Positions 63,421-64,000 of a DNA stretch of 64,000 bases are shown here, in pieces. The notes under the pieces are model-generated. The model did not search any database. It saw only the letters and a program-made list of their open reading frames with translations, and was not told the origin of the DNA. The stretch spans positions 15,050-79,049 of the forward strand of contig MQRK01245168.1 of the NCBI GenBank assembly GCA_001938485.1, in the 5' to 3' direction. Each line of letters begins with the position of its first letter. Position 1 is the stretch's first letter. Origin of the DNA: Girardia tigrina. Taxonomy: Eukaryota. The translations under genes were made by a program, and so were the position numbers.

Positions 63421-64000
63421 CAGGGTGACGCAAAATAAACTCCAAGGTACTTTTCTATTGGATCTTTTATTCACCTACTTTTTTATAGGTAAAGTATACA
63501 TTTTTAGAATCCTGAGCGTCGCCAAATTCTGATGGTATATAAAAAAATAAAAAAAACATCAAAAATTAAAAAAAAATTTTGAGACGAAAAATTTAACAAG
63601 CGTTTTTTAAAATGAACTTAGAAAGTTTTACCCTAAAATTTGATTCAAATGACATAAACGGATCAGCAAAAAGCTCATCTCGTTTTGATGCTTGTTGAGG
63701 AAGCCTATGATTATGCGCAGCTCAAAACTCGATTACGAAGTGAAACAAGAAATGGTCGAGCAAAGATTCCGGAAAAAAGAGTCATTGTAAAATGGATTGA
63801 TGATTTTCGAGCGACTGGAAGTACCCATGGAAAGCGCGGAAAGAACAAGCCAAAACGTGTTCGCACCAAAGAAGTCATTGAAGACGTCCGTGAAGCCTTT
63901 ACTGCAAATCTTCATCTATCAACTCGACGCAATCCATTTGTTTCAACTGGCGACACTGACAGCGAAGAAGACGATCACGGAACAGTTCGTATGTCACAAA
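63421..64000 (+). mobile_element. Tc1/mariner superfamily element, 5' part, decayed
   Basis: TA|CAGGGTG start; remnant FRATGS...PKRVRTKEVIEDVREAF.....STRR, typical of the HTH region. Confidence 0.7.

Overview
AT-rich eukaryotic (animal) genomic DNA from a gapped draft assembly. The 38-74 bp minimal introns, dense Tc1/mariner load, NeSL/R5-type retroelement and TRAF-like relic suggest a flatworm such as a planarian; this is inference only. Three host genes are recognisable: an intronless G-protein gamma subunit (1909-2133, -), an intron-rich BBS12 chaperonin-like ciliary gene (8 exons found, 15393-35193, +, first exon(s) not located) and the first 7 exons of COG4 (45434-54112, +, remaining exons not found in the window). 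Most of the rest is transposon debris: about 8 Tc1/mariner-type copies, a Tigger/pogo, hAT, MULE, Merlin, Harbinger, piggyBac and Helitron derivatives, solo-LTR-like elements, a NeSL-clade non-LTR element and two Penelope ends. The most notable observations are: (i) a decayed TRAF-like RING/Zn-finger gene with an intronless 5' half of CFAP20/BUG22 embedded in it; (ii) a three-copy ~0.9-1.2 kb element family with TGGA...TCCA ends, 5-bp TSDs, conserved termini and divergent cores; (iii) two inverted Penelope-type minimal hammerhead ribozymes with a compensatory base change inside a COG4 intron; (iv) a dense array of RFX X-box-like motifs downstream of BBS12. All protein identifications come from manual translation and recalled family motifs, not database searches.
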